Shown here: piece after piece, positions 1-16,300 of the stretch
How the letters are laid out: each line of letters opens with the position of its first letter
Position numbering within the stretch: position 1 is the first letter of the stretch
Assembly: GCA_051362555.1 (NCBI GenBank)
Contig: CM120644.1
Coordinates: 8,068,954-8,132,953 of the forward strand
Direction of reading: 5' to 3'
From: Lingula anatina
Lineage: Eukaryota > Animalia > Brachiopoda
DNA length: 64,000 bases
Notes under the pieces: model-generated
The model's input: only the letters and a program-made list of their open reading frames with translations
Databases searched by the model: none
What the model was told of the DNA's origin: nothing
Translations under genes and position numbers: made by a program

Positions 1-169
1 TAATGATTATAGTTACTGTAAAAATTGCATAATTCTTTTGCTATAATATGGAGTAGCCTTTGAAGAAATTATTTGTGTTATTCAGAAAGTGTTGGTAGTA
101 ACCATAATTTATCATAGTCAAATTTAAAATAGATTTCCTAAAATGTATTACAAATCTATTCTAATTTCA

Positions 170-270
<101 letters not shown>

Positions 271-324
271 GTGCTACGTGATCATAGTTTCATCTTTTTC
301 ACCAATTATATATATTTTCTTCAG

Positions 325-3300
325 AGAACTCCTTGAAGTACACCATGAGGACTCCAAACTTACGTTTAAAGTTGATGGATACATCAGCAATGCCAACTAC
401 TCAGTGAAAAAATGCATATTTTTGCTGTTCATCAATCGTAAGTGTCTTTTGCTGTTAACTTTTGCACTTAATATTGAAACTATCGGACTTGTTTATTAAA
501 AGTAAAATCAGTGTCAAAAATATTTCTATAGAATAGAGCTATATTATTGAATTATATGTAATGGTCCAAGTCTTTCTTTCTTTCTGCTTTCTCATGTAAA
601 AGTCTATCCTCCTTTAAGGGCATTTTTTCAAAATTTCAGAGAGTGAAAACAAAACAATTGTTTTGACACCCATCTGCCATAGCAGAGTAATCTTTTGTGG
701 TCATAAAGTCAGATTCCATGTTTGTTTCTTATCTGGGAATGTACTTTATAAGGGGAATCGGCCATTTCTGGTTGGCCCCAAACTAGCCCTCTCTGCTCAT
801 CTTTATTGTGAATCATTCTTATTTTCCACTATTTTTCATTTCACATTTTACATGGCATGTCACATTTGAATTCTTGTTCTATCCATTTTTTCCTAATAAA
901 GACAAATTGAAAATTGCATCTTAAAGAAAGAAAATATCAAATTTTGTTAGTCTTGATGGAAAAAAAATAACTACATCTTTCTATATCAAGCAAATGTAAT
1001 TCTATTTTTATTTAGAGAAATTGTACTTGGCGGAGCAGTAACTTCATGCATGTTTAAAAAACAAATTAGGAATGATTTCTCAGGAAAACAATTTGCTGAA
1101 GTAAGTTGCAGATCATTAACTTCAAAATCACTGAAAGGTTGCTGTAAACACAGTGGCAGAGATAGTAAACAGCCTCCTAATACATGTACTGTATAGTTTC
1201 TCAGGACTTTTTTACTTTCAAATAATATCATATATGAGCTTTTTGGTTATTTGCATAACCAGAGAAAGATATAAATTTATTTGATTAACATATCACCTCT
1301 AGACTGATGGTTCCTTTATAAACTATACTTAAAAAGTACCTGTGTCAGTGACTTTCAACAGAAGGAGCATACTTCTAGTCTAAGATCAAGAAAGTGCTTG
1401 ATATTTGCACAAATTAAGAAAAATAGGCCCAGGAAATGACAGGTCCAGATGGCTTTTTTACGGAGTTCCATTCCAGTTTGACCTTTTTAGTTGCAGTTCT
1501 TGAACACAATAAATTAAAGCTGGCAGTGCTTCCACAATTAATGTTCAGGTATGTCTGTCGAACATAAAGACCCCCCACCTGAATGGTATGTGGGTTGCAA
1601 TCAATGCAGTTTTGTTCATTTCATATTTCAATTTACTTGTTGGAGTGATGAATGCATTTTATGGCAGCCTGTCTTAATTGTTAACAGCTGAGGTGAATGA
1701 AAATATCTGATGAAGTCCAGTCCCAGCCAAGTATCTAATACTAGTAGTTATTATGAATTAATTATAATATTTATGGTTTGGTAATTTACCAAGACAATCA
1801 AAAGTAAAAAGTCAAAGTTCCTGGTATACTGCGCACCACATCCCTCTCAGTGTGGCTGGGTTCCTATACCTAGATCCATCTAAAAGGATTGATCCATCTC
1901 TGAGGGTTTTTCACTAAATTGCTTTCAGCTTGAGAAGCTTAGATGTCTGGTACGCCTGCTGAAGCAACTAAACAATAATTAATTACCCCTTAGCAGTAGG
2001 CATGCCAGACATCTAAGCTGCTTAAGCTGAAAGCAATTAAGCAAGAATCCTCTCGGAGATAGATTGATTCAGAGTTAGTACGATAGGGTCTGGGAATGGT
2101 CCCTTACATTAGATCAGGAAATTTTAGGCCATGATACAGACTAGTTCTTATCTCCCTGGGGAGCATACAGTCCAGCCCAGCTGGAGTAGGAGGTTTTGAT
2201 AGCTACCAAATGAATAAAAGACCAGGAACTTTACCCCTGTTTCAACCCATAAGTGCTGAGTGCCAAGCGGGGATATACCAGGTACCACCAACTAAGGACT
2301 GGTATATCCCTGGACAGGTTGAACTCACCATCCTCTCCCACTCTGGAGGCACATGCTCTGACCACAAGGCCATCCAGAGGGAATAAACCACTGCATGTAC
2401 ATGCTTCTTTTACAGAGATATACTACCAGATATATTGAAATGCACTCTATCAATGGAAGGGGGGGGGGGATCTTGGACCCCCCTCTTCTACAAATTACCT
2501 TGTGGTCATTCACTAAAAATAACCTCTGTCAGGTTATAACAGGCATTTACTTGTTAAAAAGGTTACAAATATTACTAGTAAAACCTCTTGGTGACAGTTG
2601 GCTTTATTTAGTATACCTCTGTCAATGAAGTGGGAAGAGTAATTTACGTACAAGATCTCTGCTCAACTTTGCCTTAATTATCTATAATAATATGAAATCA
2701 ATCACCAAATAATTGGCAAGAGATAATATTTGCCTTTCTTGCTTATTTATATTTGACTTCTCATTTCAGACCGTCTGGTTGATTCCAGTGCTCTACGCAA
2801 GGCAATTGAAGCTGTGTATGTGGCTTACCTCCCAAAGAACATGCATCCCTTTATATACCTCAGGTGGGTTGATCAGTTACAGGCATGATGCTAACGATAC
2901 ATGGCCATGGAATCACATGACCATGAAAACGTGTCTCTGCGACAGGTGTGTCTTTCCAAGATGACAGTAAACTGTTTAATGCCAAAATCATTCTTTGGTG
3001 ATTCCATGAATGTCTTAATATGTGTGTGTGTTTGTATGTGTGTCAGTGCATGTGTGTGTGCATGTTTACATGCGTGAATGTATGTGTTGCACTAACATGT
3101 ATTTATATGTCATGGTGAAAACTATGGTCTGGTATAGGATGAGAGATTTGCCAAGACATAAAGATCCAGCATATCATACCAGTACCTTCTACAATAAACT
3201 GCAACTATTATTATGACATACTGGTAGCTACACACAATCATATGAACCTATGCACATGCAGTATGTTTGTTGTGTTCCATGCACATACAAATGTCTGCGT

Positions 3301-6300
3301 CTCCTGTATGCTTTCATTCACATAACAGTGACTGTCACTTCTGGACAACTACGATAAAAAGCTGCATGAACTCTTTTAGATTAATATTAATAATCAATAG
3401 GACACTGGGATAGGACTTGGGACTCCTTGTATAGACACTTTTTATGCAAGAAAGGAACTTTAATTAGGAAGTCTTCAGTTTTGTATTAAATGGGAGGTGA
3501 GAGGTAGGGTTCTTCAGAGAAAGATGTTTTTTTTTTCTATTTATCAACTTAGCTACCCACCCCTGATGTGATAATAAAATCATGGCTTTTGGAAGACTGT
3601 CAGCCTATATTGTGAGCTCAGCCCCTGGATGAGCCTTGTCTTCCCTGTTGTGATATGATTCTCTGTGTAGAAAATGAGTTATTATAATTGAATCAAAGAG
3701 ACTCTCTAGGAAAAATACTGAAGGGAATAACACGCCAAGAAGGAATTACCAAAATCAAATTGTGTGTGTGACAGCATGAAGCCCAATAGATTAATCTATC
3801 ATTATCGTGTGACAGCACCTGATCATCTTGCACGTTCTCATTTGGATATTGGACAAAGACTTTTTTTTTTTCTTTTTGTAGATTTGGAACATGGGAACCT
3901 AAAACCAATAAATAAAACAAATTTAGTCTCTGGTCAAGTCATGTCCAACCTACTGGGTATGACCCATCTCAGTGGGGCGTTGCCATGGAATATGATCAGC
4001 TCTGTCACCATTTGGTGCCAATTAAATGTCAAGGGTCTTAATTACTTCTGTCATTTAAAATGACCTTGAGATGACACTGTAAGGATTTTGACTTGATGCA
4101 TGATTGTCATTAGATAGCTCATTGACATGGGTCATGCTAAGATTGGTTGACTGGGAAAAAAAGATTTTAGTGTGACAGTTACTGTAATTGGACTGCTTTC
4201 AGAGAAGTCTAGAAAGGCCGCCCCCATTGACATAAACTAAATGTCACCCAATGCCATACTGTTCTGCATTTGTGCCAAAAGTTTAAATAGATATCAACAC
4301 TTTCATCATGATGTTGAATCCTTTTTGAAATTATGTTTGAAGTACAGTCAGTATAAAAAAAGAGTCAACTCTCAAAAAATAAAAAAAGTCACTTAGAGAG
4401 TAAACAGACTGAGTATGTTGGATGGGTGCCATTTCAGCTGTTGCCCAGCTAGAGGCATAAACATTTTCCCACTCATATGTTTGAGGAATTCAGTATCTTT
4501 TTTTCCCCTAAAAAATGTAGAAATCAGCCTGGTACTAGTAGGTATATATGCAGGGGCAGATTTAGGCCATCTTCTGGGTCTTCCAGAAGATGGTCAGATT
4601 TTCAGGTTTACATTGACGGGTATTTAATTTTTTTCAATCAGAAGGCGGTCAAAAAATGGAAGATGGATCAACAAAGATAATTTGGAACTGTCGGAAAATA
4701 TCTCTGGATCCACCCCTGATATATGTGCTACATGTACATACTGTCAGTTAGCTAACATTTAATTCCTTTGATGAGACATAGAACCTTATGCATAAGCATT
4801 GCCAATATAAAACATTTAAAAAAGGTCATTAATCTTAAGGTTGGATAATTTCTTGTAAATGGCAACCTCATAAGAAATAGTTTCACAATTTTGAATGTTT
4901 TTAAATGCGATCTTTTATAGAAACCTCAGTGACTTCCGGTAGCGTGATAAGTCAACAAACAGTTCTGGAATGAAAACAGAAACATGGCATGAATCTCAGT
5001 TCCTACACAATGCATAAGGTATCAGTTTTAACCAAAAGTATCAAATTGAAGGCAAAAGGTTGTATTGAAACAAAATTATATTCTTCAGAGGAATAGATCC
5101 TCTCAGATCTTTTGAAGTATATGTTTCTATTGTATTACCACCATTAATGTAGATACTGGAGAGAACAGGAAAACATGGAAAGAACAATCAACAAAGCCCA
5201 AGTTATAAGCAATCTGTTTTTCAGGCTGCATTGGTTGACAGATGAGGAACATTATTATTGCATGGCCTATAAGCTCATAGTGACATATTGATTTCTTTGC
5301 AAAATAGATAACAGAATACTTACTCAAAGGAAATATTTATTATTACTGTTTGGCGGTCATTGATTTGTTGACAAATCGGTTACTGCGTAAACACAGAAAA
5401 AAAAAAATCATTAGGGTTTCTCAATACAGTGGAAATTCAAATAAATCTTGTGAAGGAGTCAACTGCTTGCTGCATTTTAATTGTTTGGGGCTGTACTCGT
5501 GCTGCTGGAGTATGTACATGCGTCATCTGTCCTTTCTTCAGAAACAATTCTGTATGCAGCAAATATTCTTATTTGAAAAAAAAAAAAAAAAACAAGTCAG
5601 CAAGGCTGTCAAATGTACAGACAAAAAACAGAAAATAAAGAAGCAAAAATAGGTCATTTTGTCAATTTTGATGCAATAATAAATAATGGTTATAATAGCA
5701 CAGTCAGTTAACACTGAATTTTAATCATGCAGAAAAAAGCAAAAAAAAAAAAAAAAAACAGTATAACTTTTGTGAAAATGATCCGATCAAGCTGATTTTC
5801 GAACTGGACCTGCGTATTATGAATATTCATCATTTCTGTGAGTTTCAAACCAAAAGGTAAAATGGTTTTCCATTTATCATGTTATTGGTATTGCATATAT
5901 GCTGAAAAAAGTGAAAAAACAGCGTAACTTCTATAAAAATGGACCGACCATGCTGGTTTTCAAACTTGACCAGGGTATTATGAATATTCTTCAGTTCTGT
6001 AAGTTTCAAGCCAAAAGGTAAAACAGTTTTCCAGTTATTGTGTTATTGCTGGTTAAAGTGTACGGCAACGACGACAATGAAGACAGCAACAACAGACACA
6101 GGTGACGGCTGTATCTGTGTCTGTACATAAAAAATACCCAAAAAAACTATGACTTGCATGTTATATTACTGCCACCCTTAATGTTATAAAGATCTCTTTA
6201 TCAAAATGATGAGAATATGTGGTATACTGTCAGATGATTCAAGGTGACCCTTTTGTCATTATATTTGTTATAACATGACTTTCGTATTATCTGGCATTGC

Positions 6301-9300
6301 CCTTGGCAACGAAAAAAAAAAAAACATTTGGTTAAGCATTTTGATGAGCATCAGCCATTTTTAATGTTAACTTTAAGACAGTTAATACAAATATAAAGCA
6401 ATCCTCATTTCAAACGGCTATTTGCTCTATCTTGCAGCCTATAGCTGAGAGCTAATTGTTGTGACTGATCTTATTATAGTCACTGGACAAACACTTGGAA
6501 TTCCAAAAGGGAAGAAAGAAAAAATAAATGAAACCTGCAGTGATTGGAGATATCGGTAGCTTTGGGTGTGTGTGCATGCATGTGTAGTGTGTAAATTAAA
6601 TCCATATTTATAAAAAAAAAAAAAATGAAATTGATACATCATTACTAGTGCTTAAGTTTCAGAGGTGTCTGGAACCAGTTTGTTAATTTTCATGCCTGTT
6701 TACAATTGTCACATCAAAACTTTTAAATTAGCAGCATTTGATTGAAGTTTTCTAAACCATTCACAAAATTTAATGTTTCGCTGGTCTGTGACTATGCCAC
6801 ATACCAATCTTATGAACCACAAATTTAAATCTGGATATTACCCAAATGAGCATTTGTTATAGGTGTAGTACCCTTTATCAGATTTGATCCGAAAAGTCGT
6901 GTAAATATGGAGGGTCGAAAATATGCATGTACACAGTAGAAGCTGGCACCATTGGCCCCAAACCTCCATGTCACCTGGCAGAAAAGAACATAAAATTACC
7001 AGTTTCTTGAAAACAGTTTTCTTTGATTTAATCTGGTATAAAATCAATGGCTTTCCATTACCAGTAGAAAGGAGAAAAGAGAGAACAGTTCTGTGGAACA
7101 TTCTAAATGCAAAATTTGTTCCATAAAATTTTGCTTTGTCATCATTTTGTCAGTGAACATGATACTGTAAGTACTTGTATCTGTATATGAGCATATGAAA
7201 AATGGTGCTAAACTGTGCATGTCCAGAAAAGGACCGTTTTGAGATAAGCACCATTGGCTCTTTTGCAAGAAAAATAGAATGATGTATTGTAGGAACTGGT
7301 TAATAAGTATACAGTCATGTATAACACTTTGTTGGCAGTGAGGTATACTCAGTCTGATATATGGGACCAGTCTGGAATACATTTAGTTTGATAGAAATTA
7401 AGTAGTTCATCAAATTTTTAGTCACCACAAATTTGGATGTGTGTGGTTTTATGGTGTGTCTTTGTAATCTGCCATCTCTGAAGAAACACAGACAGTATGT
7501 TGCAAAAATGTATAAGCCTTTCTCTCTTGCTAATGTCATCTGCCAGTAAATCTCTAGTATGATCATGAATCATGGTAATTATGTGAATTGGCAACTAAAA
7601 AAAATATGAAAAATAATTTCTGCAATCATTTAGGTACTTGATACATTTCCCTCAGTGATGCTTGGAAGGTAGTATGTATGCGGAATAAAACATGTGGAAG
7701 TCCTTGATCTCAGTGGGCTCTTGTGACAGGAAATTAGGCACTTGATAGAATGGATGATTGAATTGTTTTAATTCTTAGATTTTGAGACATGGGAATTAAG
7801 AAGCATTTATCTGAAATGATAAAAGGTCTGCATTTTCATTTTACCCATTTACCTGTGTTTGAATGAACCCAAAAATGTTCTAAATAATTTACTTAGATTT
7901 ATGATACTTTTTTTTTCTAGAAGGATTGACAATAGAACTGCTACCATTACATGATGCACTAATATTAATACTCTTTATGTTGAGAGTAATCATACTGGAC
8001 AAGTCATCATTTTTACCTTGTATAACCTTTCATTTTATTTCTGCATGTACCTGTTACCCTGAGATCTTTCATTCAGAAAACACTTCTTGATAAAACTGGA
8101 ATGTGCCCTGCACATCAGTTCCTATTGCCATTCCCAGAAGTAATATATTATAAGTCTTTTCTAAAATTGCTTTTGAATTATGACCCTAGATACCTCAACA
8201 TTTTACAAAAAAATTGTTCTTGGCATGCTGTGATAACTGTTCTGGAATTGCAGTTTACACTATATTTATACCTTCGAGAGGTACACGTTTTTATAGATCA
8301 GTTAATTATTTTGATTAGAAAGTGGTTCAGTAGTTTTAAGGAAAAGAAACAAAACTATCATGTTGCTGACAAATACAGTCCCATGTAGGAAGTCAGAAGT
8401 GTGCAAGTTTTCAGAAATTATAAACCATCTTTCCTCGGGTCTCTCGCCAGCAAGGGGAAGAAGAGGCGTTTGTTTTGCCTTGAATGTTTCAAGATTTATT
8501 GCAGTCAGTGATAAATTTGGTTGATTTAGGAGATGATGATTCTCCTCAACACTTTCAAAGCCTGAGAGCTCATATGCTTTGAAAGTTATTAAGCTTAAGA
8601 ACAAGGAATTTAATACTGCACATAACAACCTGAGCTACAAAGAGTTGTTTAAAAATTAAGGGCTTCCTAAAGGACATCTTGGCCTTAAAGCTATGGTTAG
8701 ACTGGTTTTGACGTAAACCATTAATTTAACAAGACTATGGCTGCATTCTGAACAGATGATCCACAAACTAATTGGTCTGTGAATTAAATGTGGCTGACCC
8801 CACTTAAAAGCTAAGCCTCATAACCCCTTATGTTCTCCCCGCCTACCACACATGCCAGGCCTGAAAGGGCCTAGCAACTAAACAAATTAAATATCGGCTC
8901 GGAGTTTAAATTGCAAGTCTCTGCAGAGATTTTAAGTGTGGGTGGCAGGGAATCCAGTAGGGGATTAGGTGACATTGCTTTGAAGTTGGTCAGCCATATA
9001 CAGTCTGCAGGCCTACCCAACTACCAGACTCAGCACCGAATGATCCAGAATTCACCGGTTGATCAGACCACACTACCCGTTTTCAAGGTGTGTATCAGAT
9101 CGCATTACACAGTATCATACCCTGAACAAATTTTGAGTGGTGATGCAATGCTTTTCAACCCCGCTGAGAATCGTCACTATTACATCGTGTACTAGGCAAG
9201 AGCGGTGTCGCGTCTGATACTGTGTAATGCGATCTGTGGACTTGTTCTGAATGCGGCCTATAGTGACTGTTCTAAATTCAGTAAGCTGCAAGGAAGCAAA

Positions 9301-12300
9301 GATAGATTGTATCCATCAGATATTCCATAAGCTAATAGACTTGTGGCATTATGCGTCATATTATTGTTCATGAATAGCTACATGTACCAGACTTAGTACA
9401 ACATGGAGAAAATTAAGTTACATTTTTTTAATACATCAGCTACACAGGCTTGTTTATTGAACTGAAAACCAAACAAGATTTAATTTGGTTCATGCACGTT
9501 CTGTCAAAGGTTAATCTAATACCATTACAAGACATTTTTTCCTACATTACTGCACCAGAACATGTGTTCTAAAAAAAGAAGAAAAAAAAGATATGTCCCG
9601 AGGCAATTACTTAATGCTATACAATTATTGACTCAGAGTGAGGTTGATCAGTAAATGCTGGTTTGCAGGCCTTAGTCAAAGTTAATTGAATGTGTAATAT
9701 TCTCAGGGGCGGATTTAGGGCGTCTTCTGGGCCTTCCGGAAGACGGTCAGATTTTCAAGTTTACATTGACGGGTATCTAAATTTTTCTGTCGGAAGACGG
9801 TCAAAAATGGAGGATGGATCTACAAAGATAATTTGGAAGACTGTCAGAAAATAACTCTGGATCCGCCCCTGATTCTCCTATGGCAAGTAAAAGAAAAAAA
9901 TATGTCATCTAGAGGTGTTATAAAAAATTAATTTGTAATTACCATTTGTACTGGTAATTACCATTTCACATTATTTATTTGAACAAAATTTATTTCCAGT
10001 TTTCCACAAAACAGTGTTTTGCTTTTCCATTTTACTTAAAAAGAAATTGGTTCAAAAGTTTTGAAAAAATAGATGGATTTGTGTCAAAAGTGAGGTAGTG
10101 GATTTCATCCTTTGGCTAATACATGTACATTTCGATGAGTGACCGGAAATGGTACTTCTTGAAAATTAAAATAAGAGACCATAATTGAATAAGTGATGTG
10201 ATTGGAATATGTACTTAGTCTAGTATAATTACCATACATACCTCTAAACAGGAAGAAGGCACCACTCCAGACTGGTTATTTCTGAAACTTCCTTTCTTTT
10301 TCAGTCTTGGTTTTTCACTTCTGATTACACAGTTCCTGTGAAAAAGATAAATGACAAACTGTACATGTGACTGCATGAAGTCTGACTGAGTATATTCCTG
10401 ACCATATAAGTCTAAGGCTGCATTCCCACAGATTTAGATCGATCCATCTGGATCGACCTAACTCCTTGGGGGTTCACGCTAAATTGCTGTCAGCTCAAGA
10501 GGCTTAAATGTCTGTCACGCCTACTGAATCAGCTAGGGTAAAGATAATTAGCCCCTAACAGCTTTACTAGGCGTGACAGACATTTAAGCCGGACAAGTTG
10601 ACAGCAATTTAGTGAGACTCCCCAGGGGGATAGATCAATCTAAATATCTGTGGGAATGGTCTCTGACATGTGGATGTACATGTACTTACAAGATAACAGT
10701 TACGCAATGTCATGCAATTGCATTGTGCAGTATTACAAAATGTTTTTATCTCGATCAAGGCTTCAAATATGTTATTTTTTACTACAGTTCAAAAGTAGAA
10801 GTTATGACATAAAATTCAAGTGATAAGTAATAATCCCCCCCCTTGGAAGAAGCAGTGTATATTGCTTTCAAATTTCAAGTGTTGGTGTATCGATTGGTCC
10901 AGTACGTAATAACCATTTAGTCTATGGCCCTCATATGTGGTAGGGAGGTTTGTCATCATTTGTGGATGACCCCTATGGATTTTGAGGGCAGTGGGTCAAA
11001 GTTCAATCCCACATTGACCTTGTACACTAAAACCTTATCTGACCAATGAATAGAAAATGGTTTGGTCAGGTTGGGTTCTGATATTTTTTTGGTAGAGATG
11101 CTTATCATCATGCACAGATGACCCCTGTATTGTTTGATGTCAGAAGGTCAAAGGTCAAGGTCACAGTGACATTTAACAGAAAAAACTTTTTCAACAAATA
11201 TATAGAGAACAATTTGGCCCACCCAGGGGCATGTGTGCTTGACAAACACCTCTTGTTAAATTGATTTTATGTTCTGCTCTGTTAGCAGAGGTGGATGGAG
11301 GCCGTCTTCTGGGTCTTCTGGAAGACAGTCAAAATTTTTTAAGTTTACAGTGATGGGCATCTAATTTTTTCTGTTGGAAGATGGTCAGAAATGGAGGATG
11401 GGCCAACAAAGATAATTTGGAAGACTTGTCAGAAAATATCTCTGGATCTGCCCCTGCTTTACTGAAGTGCCAAATAATCACAACAGGATATTTGCAAGAA
11501 AATGTAATAAACTGATATTGTGGGATTTACTTTATTAATAAGATATTGGAGATTCAAAGACTGTTAACGCAAGGACATAAGGGCCTGTGATATACTTGTA
11601 GGTTATTGATGAACATCTTATTTCTTATTAAATAGAAGCTGAATTTAGATTTCAATAATATATGTATACACTGTAACACAATATTTATTGCAACTGATCC
11701 ACAAGTCAGCATGTACTGAACAAAATGATACTAGACTTATAAAAGATGGCATTGCACCACTATAAAACCTGATAATAAACTTGACAAGTACAACATGCAG
11801 CTCATTTTCACATTTCCTTTTAATGGAAGGTGAGTGGATGCAGCCCAGTTCAGTTGATTGATAACTTCCTTTCACCAAAGGCTTCTTCAGAATGTGTCCA
11901 GTGCATTGACAGCAAACTCTGCTGTATATTTCGTAACATTTACAAATTTTGCTTTTTTACCATGAACATAACATGGTAACATGGGTCTGATTTCCTGACA
12001 ATTTGGAAGATACTATTCTTTCTAGTCTGAAAGTTATTCATAACGTGGGCATGTGAAGACTGTGAGGTGATGAAATGTTGTCCTTCATCTAATAAGGACT
12101 TTGAACATTCAAAGACTATTCTGATTAAGAGATTAGCATCTTATTTCTTAATCAATTCTTAGATTTTTTTTTCATTAACTTGTATGCAGCTTTACTTTTG
12201 TGGAACATGGGTATATATACATGTATTGATAATTATAATAATGACAGCAGTTGTGTGAGTCCTTATTAATGGATGCCTGTATTCTGACTGAGATATGGCA

Positions 12301-13355
12301 GAAAAAAAAAAAGATGAACATAAGATAATTGCACTGGAGGGTATTACTGGGCATTTACTTCTCATTCAAAGATTTGGTATGTTATGAGTTGCAATATTTC
12401 GATCATTGTAACACATTCATTCCCTCACATATTGCTAAATATGTTTCCGTATGTCAGTATATTGGATTTTTATTTATAACAATTCAGTTCAACTTTCAAG
12501 CTTGCCAGTCCTGTTTTGAATATGAATTTCTTCATTGGCAATCAATTTTGCACGGAAAAATAATGAAAGAGAGCGATGAAATGCACCAGGTGGTTCTTAG
12601 TGCTAAGTGAAAAGAAATTAAACTCTTTAGTTTCTAGATCTAATGTGCTACAGCAACTAATTTCCCTTAAGAAACTTGATGACATCCTGTCTTTTTTGAT
12701 AAATTACGGAAAATAATCATGGTAATCTTTTATCATTTATTAGTTTTGGATAAAAAAATCATTAATAGACATCTGGAGATCTTAAGATTGCCCTGCTGCA
12801 AAATTATCTAAAAATCTCTTTTTTTAATGAAATTTTGTGTTTATGTACATACTAGTATTTACTTGTATTCCTACATAACTCATCAACTATGATAGAAATG
12901 TGATCTTGTTGATATTAATACACACAGGGCATCTTCTGTACCATGATAGAAAGGCCATACTGAGACTGCACTAAATAACCTGGCACCTTATGCCACAGGA
13001 CAACTGCCAAACACATGTTACTGACAGGCTATTTTTAAAACTGTTGCATTTTTTTATTCAATTGAAAAACCTAAGATCAAGAGCACTATACTGCTACAGC
13101 TTACCCAAATGGAGCTAGAAAACAACATCTCATGACAAAAATGTAATATTAAGTTTTCAAATATCATTCTCCTGTATTTATTTTACCAACTAAAATTGTT
13201 CCAGGACCTGTGAGTACTTAATAGATATGCAAAATACCAAACATAGCATGATCTTGAGGTGTGCTACTTATTTTATAGCAATAAAAGGTGATCACGCATA
13301 CATTGCAGGATCAGTATTTTCAAGAAAAGATTTGTCAAGTTAATAACATTGCATT

Positions 13356-13386
<31 letters not shown>

Positions 13387-16300
13387 TAATTATTGTTATA
13401 ATTACTGTTGTTGTTGTTTTTGTTATTATTTTAACTTTAAAAAGTGAATGAAAGGAAGAAAATAAGAATTATATGCTCAACTGAACTAAGAAGTATATTC
13501 TGTTTGTACCTACACTAGTGTTCTACCACTTAGGGCCTATATGTATTTTTTTATTGCAACACACATAATCATGGATAAACAGTAAAGGCTCATTCCCAAC
13601 AAAACTTATCTTTCAACATAGATTGGCCAAACTCTGCAGGAACTCTCAATAAATGCAATCAGATTTACAGATTAACATGCCTCCTCCTTCCATTGAACAA
13701 GAGCTAGGTGTGTTAATCTGTTACATCTGACTGCATTCAGCATGAGTCCCCTTGAGGTTGGATTGATGTAGAACGATAGTTTCATTGGGATTGAGTCCTA
13801 AAATTCATGGTGGATCCCAGCTGCACAAAAGGTGGCACCACTGGACCCAGTGGAACATGTCAAACGCTTCTTCATTACTGTAAAAAGTGTCCAATTTGAA
13901 ATCAATGGAGGTAATGAGGGAGCTGTAGATAAAGACCACATACATATTAGTTCCAGAATCTCTATCATTTTAGAGGATGTGTGACGTCCATGAATTTAAG
14001 AAAATCATTAAGAAAAATTAATGCTTCTTTTATTAGCTTCGTTTTACAGTGCTTGTGCCTTGCCGTTAAGATGGGTCTAATTGGGAGATTAGAACATTGG
14101 AGCAAGACTGTGAATTGAGTTAATTTGATTCACAAAGGCACTGCTTGCGTGCATTAAGTATATAATTATGAATAATCTTAGGCAATAAATTTGCAATTGT
14201 CCTAGCATGTCTTCACATATAGAATAGTACTTTAACTGTGGAAAAAATTCTAGTAAATGCCTTAAGTTTCTGTTTTGTGGTGTACATGTACTTTAAAAGT
14301 TTTGTGATGGAAATCTTAGTAAGGGTGATTAATTTTTTTTTTTCGATAGAACATATACGATAATTATAAAACACAAGTTGAAATGTTTTCATACCATTAG
14401 GTTATAGCCAACCTGGATGTAAGCTTTCATCAGACTGATTTGAGCAGATGTTTTTTACTAACTGGCTGCTAGGAGGAATAACGGCAAGGACCAGGTAGAT
14501 CAACACCCCTGCCCATCCCCCACCCCTGTTTATGGTTGGCAGGTAGCTAATGATCATTTTTCTTTATTTTGATAGAGAAATGTTTTGAGTAGCTTATTTT
14601 TAATTACAAAGGTGTGTTTTCAGCTAATTGATAAACCAAACCATCAGATGATGTCATTAAAATAATAATAATTTCTCATTGCTAATTTTGTTGCAAACGG
14701 ATCAATAGTTTCCACAAAGCCTTATAGTACAAAAGCAGTAAAAAGAATAAACAAGGAGCTTAGATTTTGGTGAACGTCTGTGGAAGAAATGATGAAACAT
14801 TTTAGAAGTACCATGGGATAAAATTAGAAGAGCACTAATTAGAAAATTGATCAGTACCAAAGAAAAATATATGATTTGGTTGTCTTCATTTCTCAGTAGA
14901 CCAATAGATAATAAAGGCTTCAGTTTTCTGTTCACTCCCTTGCTTATTAATCTGACCCCCTGATCAACAGGAGCAGGACAGCCAGCCAAATCATGGAGAG
15001 GTTCCAGAAGGGTATTGACCCAGCGTGCCCCTGCAAAAATTTGTCTCATTTAACGTTCACTTACGGTTCTCAATCTATTCTAGAACATTTGGTGTATTTT
15101 TTTACAGTTCTAATGTTGTTCTGTAATGAATGTAACAGTTCAACAACTGTTTTTGGGAAGTCCTTTAGAATGTCTGAGAACAGATTACAAACATTTTTCA
15201 GTAAAAGAGAAAAACATTATGTTATAGGACAGATTGAGAACCGAAAGTGAGCATTAAATGAGACAAATTTTTTGCAGGGGTGCTATGCTCGAGCTACCAG
15301 TGCCCCCTATAGTGGTACATGCACATTCTCATGAAGCACCCACACCCACACATGCTCCACTGTAGTCTTGAAACGTTCCACCTGATTGGCTAATATCCTG
15401 TCCTCTGACCTACAAAGTATTGTAACCCAACAAGATGCTCCTCCCAGAGTACATACTGTGGAGCATTATACCCAACAGGGCACTTCTCCAGAGAATCATC
15501 TCATTGCACACTGTACATGTACACTCCATTGGGACAACTGTCCAGTGAGGTGCATTATCTCTTATATTGGCCCACTATCAAATACCGCAGGCGCTAAGCA
15601 GCAATTTTAAAAAGGGGTTCTTTTCTTGAAAAAGTAGACCTTGTATATGTAGAATGAAACCTTCATGTACCTAGATAAAATTTTACCCAGAAGGGACATT
15701 CTTTCAACCCCCCCCCCCCCCCCAAGCTATGGGCCTGTACTGATATATAGGCATTTATTGCATAAAAGAAAAAAATACTTACTGGTACTTTCAGCCAGAT
15801 CTGTTCTAGTGCCTTAAATTGAGATCTCTGCTGCTGCTCTTGAAGTATTGATCTAGTCCAAGCTGTAGTTGGAGGAGTGAAATTACAGTGAAAATTACAA
15901 CAAAAGTGGGTGTCTAGAAACATGAAGTTGTGAAATTTATCTTCCAGTTGGTTACATGTAACTTTACCACAAGACCACAGAATGCCAAATCCAGCAGATA
16001 TACACGCTCCTTCAACAAATGGCTTCTATAGTGGATATTTCTAAAGATTGCCTACGTCAACTTTTACCATTGGAGATCTGTTCTTCAGTGTGATTATTTC
16101 TTGTGAAGATCACTTAAATATATGAAAGTGTTTGCAGGTTTCTGTTGCACTGAAAAGTAATTGCTCAGATCAGCTTTAAAATGTCTAATAAACTGTTAAG
16201 TCATTTGACAAAAATAATCAAAATAATCATAGTTTTTCTAACAAATTTCTTTCTTATTTGCTGTCAGTGGTGTCATTATAAATACTTAAGACTACTGTTT

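Noticed and set aside
5156-5323. snoRNA inside the candidate antisense intron
   Set aside because: No clear box C (RTGATGA) paired with a box D and terminal stem.
8302-8628. 108-aa minus-strand ORF in the large MLH1 intron
   Set aside because: Protein-like composition, but no recognisable family and no convincing donor site.
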